Source: Lama glama (taxonomy: Eukaryota). Taken from it: 64,000 bases of DNA. Positions 52,465-64,000 of this stretch are shown here, in pieces. Positions within the stretch are counted from its first letter, which is position 1. Each line of letters opens with the position of its first letter. Below the pieces are notes generated by a model. The model worked only from the letters and a program-made list of their open reading frames with translations, was not told the origin of the DNA and searched no databases. Location: positions 55,740,001 through 55,804,000 of the forward strand of contig CM052816.1 of the NCBI GenBank assembly GCA_028534125.1, read 5' to 3'. The translations under genes and the position numbers were made by a program.

Positions 52465-52700
52465 TTTAAAAAAAACCACTTTATTGAGATATGACTGAAA
52501 TACAAAAAGCTGTACATAGAAATGTATACAACTTGGTAAAATTGAAGATAAGCATATACCCGTGAAACCATCACCATTATCTAGGCCACAAATATATCCA
52601 CCACCTCTGAAAGTCTCCTCCTGCCCTCTTTATTTATTATTGATATTATTATTTTGTGATAAGAACACTTAACCTAAGATCTACCCTCTTAGCAGATTTT
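52465..52700 (-). mobile_element. Old L1 (L1MA/MB-type) 3' tail
   Basis: CTTTATTGAGATATGACTG...CCCGTGAAACCATCACC...AGAACACTTAACCTAAGATCTACCCTCTTAGCA. Confidence 0.75.
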
Positions 52701-52709
52701 AATGACTAC

Positions 52710-52840
52710 TCTTCTTCGTCATTGTCTTCTTCTTCTTCTTCGTCTTCTTCGTCGTCTTCTTCTTCTTCTTCTTCTTCATCTTCTCCTCCTCCTCCTCCTC
52801 CTCCTCCCTCTTCTCCTCCTCCTCCTCCTCCTTCTTCTTC
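52710..52840 (+). repeat. Compound (TCT)n/(CCT)n trinucleotide polypyrimidine tract
   Basis: Read directly from the sequence. Confidence 0.95.
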
Positions 52841-53032
52841 ATGATTACTGTTCTTTAACAAGGCATGCCAGGGCTGCCCCTGGAAACAGAGCACATGTCT
52901 GCACTCATGGAGCACCCTATCTCACTTTGCTGCTTTTCCTTTTTAGACTCAGGGAAGTCCTCCCTATTAGCTTCTAAAATCCAGACCTCTGAACATTAGT
53001 AACTAAAAACTTAAAACATTCTGAATATTCAT

Positions 53033-54482
53033 GTTGTAGGAGAGGGGATAAAACCTTTCCCCTGTGAATTAGACTGACAAAAGACAGATTATCAAGAGAA
53101 AAACAAAAAGAAGTTCATTTATATGTGCATTGTGCATACACACAGGAGAACTCAGGGATGAGTAACTCAAAGGAGTGGTTAGAACTTGAGCTGACATAGC
53201 ATCTCAACAAAAGGGCAAAAATTTTTAGAGAGGAAACAAGGCAAAGGAAAACAATTGTGAGTTTTAGGGTGGCACATTGTGAGAAGGTAAATATTGGGGG
53301 AACTAATGGAAGATGAGAGCTAGTTGATAAAGTTTGTTATGTAATTCCTCTTCAGCCTCTGAACTGACAAGGATCTAGAGTTGTCTCTGGTGAGTAACTT
53401 CTGTTCTTTCTGGTAGAGAGGTGTGGTACTGTGATATACTGAAAAATATATATTTTGGTCTTTGGCCACAGTTCCTGGCTCACAGCTCCCCAAATCCTTG
53501 TAATTTTGTAAGTTATTAGAGCAATGGGAGCATTTTTGCTATAATGTTTGGTCTTTTACCATTAAATAGTTCCAGAGTGATGAAGGTGAAACTGTCTTAT
53601 TATTCATAATAAGTCCCTTCAACTACACTTGAGTTTATGTTAATAAGGTGACTTTTGGAAAGCCTCTGGATAACCACAGGATGGGAGATGATTACTAGGG
53701 GAAACTAACCAGGTGGAAGTTGGAACTTTCAGCCCCATCCCCTGACCTACAGGGAGGGGAGTGGGGCTGGGAGCTGAACCAATCACTAATTGCCAGTGAT
53801 TCAATCAATGATGCCTGTGTAATGAAATTTTCATAAAAATCCTGAATGATGAGGTTGGTGAATACATGGGGGTGCTGGGAGGGTGCCTGGACGGGGCTTG
53901 GAAGCTCAGCTCCTTCCCATATAACTTGCCCTGTGCATCTCTTCCCCCTGCCTATTCCTGAGTTGTATTCTTTTATAATAAGCAAGTAATCTAGTAAAGT
54001 AGACTGTTTTCCCCAGTTCTGTGAGCCATACTAGCATGTGATCAAATCTAGGCGGGGGGTAGGGGAACCTCTGATTTGTATCCTATTGGTCAGAAGCACA
54101 GATGACAACCTGACTTGTGCTGGCACCTGAAGTGGGTGGGACTGAGCCCTCAACTTGTGGGATTCAATGCTCTCTCTAGGTAGATATTGTCAGAATTGAG
54201 TTAAACTGTAGGACACCCAGCTGGTACCTGAGAATTTCTTGGTGGGAAAATCCCCCAAACATCTGGTGTCAGAATGTACTGAAAGTATAAAGAAACATGA
54301 GAGTTTTTCCTTTTCAAGAGGAAAGGGGAGACACCTTTGCAAATTTATGTTCTGCTTTTATGCAAATGAGGGAGAGCAGAGAGCTTCTCTTGTATTTCCT
54401 TATTCTCAGTTGTCTTCAGATCAAAATAATCCTTATGCCAATATGGAATATTTTGGGGTGGCATATTCCATTCCCTCCAACA
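53033..54482 (-). mobile_element. ERV1 MER34/MER39-like LTR split by the MER21-like insertion
   Basis: TGTTGTAGG start; GACAAAAGACAGATTATCAAGAGAAAA; resumes GGGAGACACCTTTGCAAA and ends TTTTGGGGTGGCATATTCCATTCCCTCCAACA. Confidence 0.7.
53422..54316 (+). mobile_element. Complete MER21-like ERVL solo LTR with 5-bp TSD AGAGG
   Basis: AGAGG|TGTGGTACTGTGATATA...TTTTCCTTTTCA|AGAGG. Confidence 0.85.
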
Positions 54483-54529
54483 TCTTGCCACATGATATTT
54501 CAAGGTTCATGTATTAATTTGGAATGCCT

Positions 54530-54865
54530 CTTTTTTTTAACTTTTAATTTTGTTTTATTGAGTTATAGTCAATTTACAATGTTGTGTCAATTTCCAGCTT
54601 AGAGCACAATTTTTCAGTTATACATGAACATACGCATATTCATTGTTGCATTCTTTTTCACTGTGAACTACCACAAGATCTTGTATATATTTCCCTGTGC
54701 TATACAGTATAATCTTGTTTATCTATTCTATATATATGTGTCAGTATCTACAAATTTCGAACTCCCAGTCTGTCCCTTCCCACCCCCCTCTCTCCTGGCA
54801 ACCACAGGTTTGTATTCTATGTCTGTGAGTCTGTATCTGTTTTGTATTTATGTTCATTTGTCTTT
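54530..54865 (-). mobile_element. Camelid-type young L1 3' UTR fragment
   Basis: TTATTGAGTTATAGTCAATTTACAATGTTGTGTCAA...CTACCACAAGATCTTG; near-identical to 58036-58544. Confidence 0.88.
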
Positions 54866-56137
54866 TAATTCATACCTCCTCTTAATTTTGATTTACTCAA
54901 TTCTCAGTGCTGTAAATAGTTTTAAAAGAAGTGTATCCCAGCCTTTAGATTAGCAGTTTTATAAAAAGAGAATGTTCTTTCACTGTTAGATGGTCCCAAA
55001 CATTACCTTTTGTACTGAAGCCTGCAAAAGCATGGCATTTCAAGATAGTTTTACTGATTAGATACTAATGCTCATCATTCCAAGAAAGCTGTGCCTTCTC
55101 ATGTAACACAATTTGATTTCATATCAATTGAAATGGCTGGGAAAGTCTGCACTCCACAGTTCCAGAAACTTAAATCATGATTTGTACTCATCAATACCTG
55201 AATTCTGGGTTTTCAGAAATGGTAGCTTAATTTCCACCAAATAGCTCTGCAGTATCAAGGTCTGTGATTTCACTGAACTGATAAGAATTAAGCATTGGGA
55301 AATATCTGTGTCTTCAATTTCTCTTTGAGTAATCTGCCTGTTTTATTTGTGTTTGAATAACTGCGTTTCCTCAAACAACATGGTAAAGTACAATCTAATC
55401 TACTGGGATCTCAATTGATTTGATCTCTCTTTCACTTTAAAATGTCTTGATCTGGCAGTGCCAAGCTTGAAAGAGCATAGGCTTGGACCTGGACCTGGGA
55501 GCAAACCTACTGCCCTCCTGCAAACCTCTCCTCTCCTGCTTATCTCTATGACTGGAGGCAGTTTGCTAGACTTCTCTGAGTCCCTTTCTTCACTTGGAAT
55601 ATCAGATGATTTATCACAGAGGGTGCTGTAAAGTTGAATGTATGCATAGTCATCGCTCAGTAAATGATGATGGCCGTTACTGTATCTTAGAACATTTGGA
55701 AAAATATCTCTGAATGTTCTACAGTCTAGCCATTTGACAGCTTTCAGACAAACTAAACTTCAACTCTTTGCTTTATAACTTGTTCAGAATATTCCATACA
55801 GTGGTAGCCCCAGACAGGGAGCATAAACTACATTTACCCTGCAGGTTCAAACAAGTCTCAGTGTAGTGGAGCAGAGGGCAGACCTTGAGAACAGCAGAAA
55901 TTCCTGGGAAAAAACATCCTTAGTGTAAGGAGTTAGGGCACCAAAGTTTGGTCTGAAAGGACTAGGCCTCTTGGGAAGGGATAATTCTGAAGTCAGCAGG
56001 ATATGCAATGACCTTACCTTGTCCAAGGACTTGAAGAAAAGCAAAAAAGCAAAAAAAAAAAAAAATCTGTATACTTTAACCTCAGTGCCACTCTGGGATC
56101 TATGAAATATAAATAGGATTATGTATTGAGGACAGAG

Positions 56138-56582
56138 TGTTACTGCCCAGGGTTTTTGGTCTCCTTAATCAATAGAAATTGATAAGAGGCCAGGTGAGAA
56201 ATTCAGGCAAGGCTTTGTTGGGTGTGAGGCAGAGAAAACAAATAACAGGTTCCCTTGCTCACCCCTTTAAATGGGATGAAGGTCGGAGTGGGCCCAGGGG
56301 TTGAGCTGGAGGGGTGGCTGAGGTGGTCTGTCCACCTCCCTGATGGTGCTGTGTGCAGGGGTCATGTGTAGTACTCTGCTTCTGCTCCCAACACCTCCGA
56401 AGTGGCAGTTGGGTGCTTGGTCTTTTAGTATCTTGTTGGTAACTTGCTCCAGCTGGGCATGCACACAGTTATTTTTAGTTCCTTAGAGTTTCTTTGTATT
56501 TTGTTGCTCCAGGAGATGTTTTGTCCGGGTGCTAGCATTGCAGCCTGGGGTCCCAGGTCCCGGGTCCCAGGGGCCTGTCTCA
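56138..56582 (-). mobile_element. ERV1-like solo LTR
   Basis: TGTTACTG...CCTGTCTCA termini with AGAG/AGAC flanks; TTTGTATT/TTATTTTT core typical of a reversed LTR. Confidence 0.7.
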
Positions 56583-58035
56583 AGACAATATGCCTGCTGT
56601 GGTTGGGGAGTTCTGTGCAGTCAACTCCAGGAGCCTGAGAAGACCTTAGAGACCCGGAGTGGAACCACGCAGAGGCAGGCAATGGCAAACAACAACTTCA
56701 GATCCTTTAACCAACAGCACAGGCAGATAAAGAGAACAGTGATCCACCCAAGAGGAACTCCTGGACTTTTTGAAAGGGATGTGAGTTAATGGAGGAGGTC
56801 AGTCACCCAATTTAGCCAGGGAAGCTGAGCAGAGGACTCCTATTTGAAATTATGCTTCTAGCTGATGTGGCTTGGAGAAGGTGGATTTCATCACCAGCTG
56901 GCACCAAGTAAAAGCACAAATGCAAACAGACCTCTCACAGCCAGTTCCTTTACTGTGCGATCAATCTGACCTGTAAACTCCACACAAACTGTAAAAATGA
57001 ATGGTGCAATGGCAGCTTGGACCCCTGCTTCACTTCGACCTGAATAAATGTTGAAATTTTGGGAAATAAATACTTACTCTCCTCAGCAGCTTTCCCATAT
57101 TTAGGTTAGAATTGCCTACAAAATCACATGGGCTGCTTACTGAAAATACAAATTGTTGAGCCCTTCTTCTGGGTAATTAGTTCTTATTGGTCGACACACG
57201 AGAGCTAACTATACATTTTTAAGTGAAAAACTAAGATGTGTTTTATGAGGGAGGTGGATTGTGTAAGCTGCAGTGGTACAAGGCACCAGGAACCCCATGA
57301 AAGGGCTCCAGAAAATTACCATCTCCCACCTTCACCCTCTGCTCAAAGACTCAAAATTACATTCATTTGCGTGTTGTGTACACAGGGAGGGAGAGGGAGA
57401 ATGTCTCTTTTCTCTTTGTCCCAGGGTGGGATTGTTCACTGTTGTCTACATCTTTTCTTGACCAGCATATCAAAAAGCTTCTTGGCATTTCTGGGTTGGT
57501 TCCTTAAACTTCTAGTTATTCCAGAGTTGGGGCGCTTGATTATGGGGTATATGTCATGGTGTCTACAAGTAGATCTAAGCCAGAACATATAGACATTGAA
57601 TCGCCATTGCCATCAGGAGTTATTACTTGAAACAAAAAGGCTCCTGATGTGTTTGGCTTGACCAAGATCCATTTTAAACCTACAGTACCCCAAACTACAT
57701 TTAGGAGGCCAGAAAATAGCCCGCTTAACATTCTTATTTGGTAATTGCATTTTTCAAAAAGTACCCCAGGTGATTTTGTTGAACAGGATCAATGGACCTC
57801 AGAGAAATGCAGGCCTAAAGGTCTATAGGTAGATAAGCCAAAAGACCACAGAAAAGTTTTAGGAACATGATTCAAAAGGCAGAGTAAGAAGGGTCAGCGT
57901 TAGGATGACTTGAGACAGCTATTGCAACATGGTTTTCAAACTTTCTGCCTGAGACCAACTGTTAAAAAAACACTTTACATCATAGTAATACACACACAGA
58001 AAAAATGGAAACAGTACACTTTACAAAACAGTATT

Positions 58036-58544
58036 TTTTTAACATTTATTTATTGAGTTATAGACATTTTTACAATGTTGTGTCAAATTCCAGTGAAGAG
58101 CACAATTTTTCAGTTATACATGAACATACATTCATTGTCACATTTTTTTTCGCTGTGAGCTACCACAAGATCTTGTATATATTTCCCTGTGCTATACAGC
58201 ATAATCTTGTTTATCTATTCTGCATATGCCTGTCAGTATCTACAAATTTTGAACTCCCAGTCTGCCCCTTCCCACCCCCTACCCCCTTGGCAACCACAAG
58301 TTTGTATTCTATGTCTATGAGTCTATTTCTGTTTTGTATTTATGTTCTTTTTTTTTTCTTAGATTCCACAAATGAGCGATCTCATATGGAATTTTTCTTT
58401 CTCTTTCTGGCTTACTTCACTTAGAATGACGTTCTCCAGGGACATCCATGTTGCTGCAAATGGTGTTGTTTATGTTGTTGTTTGTATGGCTGAATAGTAT
58501 CTCATTGTATAAATAGGCCACATCTTCTTTATCCAGTCATCTCC
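58036..58544 (-). mobile_element. Camelid-type young L1 3' end
   Basis: Same family as 54530; TSD AAACA(G/A)TATT at 58026 and 58545. Confidence 0.9.
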
Positions 58545-59149
58545 AAACAATATTCTTACATTATGAAAGGCACACTGTGTCTCTATTCTTTTCTATCCTA
58601 CTTTTAGCAGTTGCTCCTCCGTATGGGATTTTGTCGTGAGAGGCAGCTTTGCCTGGTTGTCGTTCCAAGTTCATGCAGACCAGGCTGCTTGAGCCCTTTT
58701 CATACTTTACCAAGAACCCCTTTACTCACCCTCCACGTGCTGGACAACACCCTTCTCAGTCTTAGCAGCTGTTCTGAAATGGGTGCACCACGCTTCCCCG
58801 GGACTGTCTGTTGGCTGCTTGGGGCTCTCCTGTTCTCAGGTCAGGCAGGCCTGGGATTGCTTCCTCCTGCTCAGGCCCAGGTACCACACAGCTCTGGTGG
58901 CCATTGGCGTTTATCTCCATGCGTCTGTATTTTTCAGGTCCAGGGAGAGACCTTGACAAACGGTGGTGGTATAAATGTTGTCCATGGGTTTTTGGTTTTG
59001 CCTCCTAATTTCTCTGTTTTTATGTGGGAATCTGTAGAGATCCAAACACGGTGCTGCTGCCACTGCTGCTTTCACCTGGATGTTCTTTATTATGTTACAC
59101 TATCTGTATGTCTTTTTTTTTTTTTATGTTCATGCTATATTTTAAATTA

Positions 59150-60244
59150 AAAAAATTTTTATTGAAGTATAGTTGATTTACAATGTTTCTGGTATACAGT
59201 AAAGTGATTCAGATATATATATATTCTTTTTCAGATTCTTTTCCATTATACAGAATATTGAATATTGTTTCCTGTGCTATACAGTAGGTCCTTGTTATTT
59301 ATCAATTTTATTCGTAGTACTGTCTGTTAATCCCAAATTCCTAATTATCTACCCCCTTTTCCCCTTTGGTAACCATATGTTTGTTTTCTATGTCTATGAA
59401 TCTATTTCTGTTTTGTAAATAAGTTCATTTGTATCATTTTTTAAAGATGCCACATATAAGTGATATCATGCGATATTTGTTTGTCTCTAACTTAGTATGA
59501 TAATCTCTAGGTCCATCCATGTTGCTGCAAATGGCAATATTTCATTCTTTTTTATGGCTGAGTAGTATTCTTTTGTGTATATACACCATATTTTTTTTAC
59601 TGTACTCGGTTTACAATGTTGGGTTAATTTCTGATGCATAGCATAGTGATTCAGTTATACATATACATTTTCATATTCTTTTTCATTATAGTCGATTACA
59701 AGATACTGAATATAATTCCCTGTGCTATACAGTATAAACATATCTATTTTATATATAGTAGTTAATATCTGCAAATCCCAAATTTCCAATTTATCCCTCT
59801 ACCCTCCCCTTTCCCCCCTGGTAATCATAAGTTTGTTTTCTATGTCCGTGAGTCTGTTTCTGTTTTGTAAATAAGTTCATTGGTGTGATTTTTTTAGATT
59901 GCACTATAATATGGTATTTTTCTTTCTCTTTCTGGCTTACTTCACTTAGAATGACAATCTCCAAGTCCATCCATGTTGCTGCAAATGGCATTGTTTTATT
60001 TTTTATGGCTGAGTAGTATTCCACCGTATACATATACCACAATTTTGTCCAATCATCTGTCGATGGGCATTTAGTTTGCTTCCATGCCTTGGCTATTGTA
60101 AATAGTGCTGCTGTGAACATTGGGCTGCATGTATCTTTTCCAATTATAGTTTCCTCCAGATATATGCCCGGGAGTGGGATTGCTGGATCATATGGTAAAT
60201 CTATTTTTAGTTTTGTGAGGAATTTCCATACTGTTTTCCATACT
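59150..60244 (-). mobile_element. Two abutting L1 3' ends (59150-59590 and 59591-60244)
   Basis: L1 3' UTR motifs occur twice; the second copy retains ORF2 C-terminal coding sequence (LKIDLPYDPAIPLPGIY...[20 protein letters not shown]). Confidence 0.9.
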
Positions 60245-62113
60245 GGACAAGTTTTCTTTTCCCTGAACCTCACATTTGTTGCCTTCCCACCATACTGCCT
60301 CAAGAATTCCTCAATAATGCCTCTATTTCCCTCTCTAACAAGCCAAATTAGGACAAAAATGATCCCAGATTGTAGAACTAGTTTTCATAACTCATGTGGA
60401 ATTGCGCCCAACACCACGTGTTGACAACCATAGGCAGTTTTCTTAGGTGTACATAGGAATGCTAACACTATTATCTAGGCTTTGTGGAGTTTTTCCTATG
60501 GGTGAAAGCATTTTCATAAATAATTGTTGATAATTATGGAGAAATGTCTGTGAAAACTGCAGGGATGAAATTAATCTCTATCTAATTTTCAGCTAGAGAA
60601 GTTAAGGCAGAGAGAGATTAGAGAAAGTTTCTAAGGTAATAGAGTTAAAAAGTAATGAGGCTGAAGGTCCCAGGGTGCCTGACCTCAGGTCACTCCTTCC
60701 TGTTACTGGGTAACGTGGAGAGAATGTCCTCTTACATTGCAAAGATCAGAATGCAAATTATTTTTAGGAATGTGTTACTAGCTTTCTAGGGCGAGAGCTG
60801 CCTTTGTTAAGACTCAAGTTTTGGTGAGGACCAGAGGCGTTGCAACCATGCTTTCTTTATCTACATCTAAAGACTGAAGTTGGGAGCTTTTCTCTGTCAC
60901 TCATCAGCTACCATCCCTCACCTACCTAGGTCCTGAGCTTCTAGTGAAAGTGACATCAAGTCAAAGGGAAAAATGGCAAAAAACTTTGGAGGAGCAGGTA
61001 CCTCAAACAGGCTTGAGGGCTACCACTTAGTTAAGAGAACAATGACTGGACTGCGGTTACCTTAGGATAAATCTGGATTCTGTGAACCTTCCAGTTTCAT
61101 GACCTTGCTTTACTTTTCCCTTCTTGTGTTCCCTCCCTCCCCCTTCCCTCCTATTCTCTCTTCCTCTCTGCTTATATTCCTGGAGACTTCTGTTCCTTAC
61201 AGATGCTATTCTACACAAGTTCTTCCTTCTTCTGCTTTTGGAGGTCTTGACACTGCTCTGGTACTCTTGCTTAGGACCTCTCATGTGGTTCTTTATGGTA
61301 ATGCCCATTATGTAATGTAGTAACAAATGTCATTTAAGTTCACAGCAGGCTGGATGAGGAAATGTCAGCTATATTTTATCTTAAGTGTTAACATCCACAC
61401 CCTTGTATATAAAGTTATTTAATTACAGGAGAGATTATATTTGTCTTGAAGATACAGCCATTTTTTTGCTAAGTCAGATTTGCCGTCAAACCTGCTGCTC
61501 TTCAAATTATGTAGGAAAATGTCTGCCTTGTCTTGTCTTTAAACACCCACTAGATGTTGCTAAAAGGCTGAGGGAAATGCAGTCTTCATTTTTCACCTAG
61601 GCTTCTGAGTTACTGAATTAGAGCTCAAGGGAAACTTAGGGCTGTCAGAAATAGTGAGGACAAAAGCCTATAACCACAGAAACAGGAAGCATATCTTCGA
61701 AAGATAGGAAGGAAGTAAAACTGACTAAGGGCTGACTCTTTAAAGGCAATATTGGCATAGCTGAAACTTGTGTCTTAGCATTTTGACATTTGTCAACTAA
61801 ATAGCAATGCGAAATCTTTAAAGATCACCCCTCCCAGGGCACCTGGAACTTGACTGAAGTTTCAAATCAGGTTTCAAAAACCAGTACAAACATTCTAGAC
61901 ATCCTAATAAAAATTATAATATTGTAAAAATTACTGTTTTATGGTTATTAAAGTATTATAGTACAATTTAAGCAATTAGGAAAATGTGGACAATTATAAT
62001 GGAGAAAATATTATCCAGAACTCTGCCAGTCAAAGTGACTATCTGTTAACATTTTAACACATTTCTTTCCCTTCTTGTTTTTTCCTATACTTTTTTCTTT
62101 AACTATAAAATAT

Positions 62114-62327
62114 TGTGTACATATTATATATGTGTGTGTGTATATATATATATATATATACTTTTTGTTTAGTTATATATACTGAGCATGTATATACATA
62201 TGTACTTTTTTGTTTGATTATAATACATTATATATGGTATAGGGTGTGTATGTGTGTCTATGTATATATACACATAGACACATATATATATATACATAGA
62301 CACACATACACACACAGAATACACACA
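62114..62327 (+). repeat. Mixed (TG)/(TA)/(CA) low-complexity region
   Basis: Read directly from the sequence. Confidence 0.85.
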
Positions 62328-62779
62328 TCCTGTGGAAGCTATGAAGTATAATAACAAAATAGACACCTGTGATATACTACACAACTCAGGACATGGGACA
62401 TTACCAATTGTTTTTAGTTTCCTATGAACTTTTTCCCATACCATTCACATGCCTCTCCTGGAGAGGTAATTACTATCCTGAATTTTCTTTTTTCACTTAT
62501 CCCTTTATTTTGAGTTTTACCACAAATGAATGGGTCCAAAATAACATGAACATTAGGAGAGTAAATCCACTTTTCACCCAAGTAATATTCCCCCAAAATA
62601 AAGGTATACAAAGTATTTCACCAAATACTCTATGAAAAGTATTATACATTTTCCAAAAAGAGCATTCATTTTCTCAGATTTGGATTTCTTTAAATGTTGC
62701 TGTCCATTAACCCAAACAATTCACATGGTGTTTAGCACAAATTAGAACTGTTTTGTGAAATTAAAAATGAATCAGAGTA

Positions 62780-62909
62780 GGGGAAGGGCATAGCTCAGTG
62801 GTAGAGCACTTGTCTAGCATGCATGAGGTCCTGGGTTCAATCCCCAATACCTCCATTGAGATAAATAGATAAATAAACCTAATTACCTCCCCCCACCAAA
62901 AAAAAAAAA
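62780..62909 (+). mobile_element. Camelid vic-1-type tRNA-derived SINE
   Basis: GGGGAAGGGCATAGCTCAGTGGTAGAGC...GGTTCAATCCC...poly(A); TSD GAATCAGAGTA / GAATCAGAATA. Confidence 0.93.
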
Positions 62910-64000
62910 GAATCAGAATATATATGTAATCAGAAAAATCAGGATATGTGAGACCCTTTCTCAAAAACTGAAAAATGAGGGAAAACGCAAAGACAGGTTT
63001 ACACAGGATTCAATGTTGGTACAGTACCTAAATGTGTTTTTTAGTCATCATTATGGTTGATTCAGTTGTGTAGGAATATGCCGACCACAACTCCTATAGG
63101 CTGTCTCTCCTTAGTGCTGAATTTAAGATAGAAGCTCAATTTTATTTTGAAATGGCATACATAAAACAGATACAAAAACACTTCAAAAAGTTAACAATAC
63201 TATGAAATTTAAGATAGTAGCCTAATATGTAATTAATATTTCATGATGAAAAGCCTCTGAAGAGTAACTAATAACATCTGTTATTCTAGTAATTGACAAA
63301 AAGGTATTATAATGAAGCTCATAAAATCAGCAGAAGATGATTGCAAAAAACCCTCGGTATTTCAAAAATGAGAATCAGAGGACTAGACATGCCTAGTGGT
63401 AAATTATAACAACCCTCCCTACCCCATTGCTCCAGAATGCCCAAGATATTGCTATTCTGTGTGATTTCTACTATTATAATTATTCATTGTTTAGCTCTAT
63501 TAGACCATGAATAATATATTTCTTTAGAAGGAAAAATACAAAATATCCTAGTTAAGGAGCAATAGCTATAGACTGATCATCTGTCTCAGATGATCATTGC
63601 AACATTTTATAATTTATGATGACAGGATAAAAAGCAACAATATTGGAATATAGATGTTAAACCCAATTATCAGCATTTTGTACAGATTCTTAAGATTATT
63701 CCCCCCATAAACACAGTATAATGTTGGTATAAAAAAATTGGCAATCAATGTAACAGACAAGGCCATGATAGGCTGTCAAAGACTTAGAAACTCAGGCAAC
63801 CCTGGTGAAAATGACACTGATTTTGTCAACTAGTTTTGGTAAGTTTGAAAGATTCCTCCTTGTCTGCTTGTCCAAGCAAATAACATTCATTAATGGCTCA
63901 GATGCTAAGAAGCCTGTAATTCTACACATCTCTCTTCCTTTGCACATCTCCTCTTTGTAGTAATTACTAGTAAAAACATCAGATTTTAAAAGATGCTTAA

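Noticed and set aside
52656..52977. Poly-S/P, poly-L and acidic poly-E/G ORFs
   Set aside because: Translations of a trinucleotide microsatellite; no splice or homology context.
59791..60303. 170-aa ORF
   Set aside because: C-terminal remnant of L1 ORF2 in a truncated element.
62780..62852. tRNA-Ala-like sequence with A and B boxes (also at 24540)
   Set aside because: Followed by a SINE body, poly(A) and TSD, so it is a SINE rather than a tRNA gene.

Overview
Mammalian genomic DNA, most likely a camelid (two vic-1-type tRNA-derived SINEs and camelid-type L1 3' ends). The window holds the complete HMGCR gene on the minus strand: non-coding exon 1 in a CpG island at ~29.4-29.55 kb, 19 coding exons from ATG 24883 to TGA 11615 (2667 nt, 888 aa), and a 3' UTR running to ~10.19 or ~9.83 kb. 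The non-coding terminal exon/3' UTR of the convergent CERT1 (COL4A3BP) gene lies at the left end on the plus strand. The ~34 kb upstream of HMGCR is intergenic and repeat-rich (L1, ERVL/MaLR/ERV1 LTRs, MER20, MIR, L2) and has a 500-N gap flanked by a processed RPL9 copy and a probable young ERV LTR start. I see no evidence of a wholly new gene system. The best leads are a GC-AG HMGCR intron 14, a tailless half-tRNA-Gln retrocopy with TSDs and leader, the RPL9/LTR gap junction, a GC-rich hairpin and second donor in HMGCR exon 1, and a CTCF motif upstream. Family names and cross-species comparisons are from recall, not from searches.
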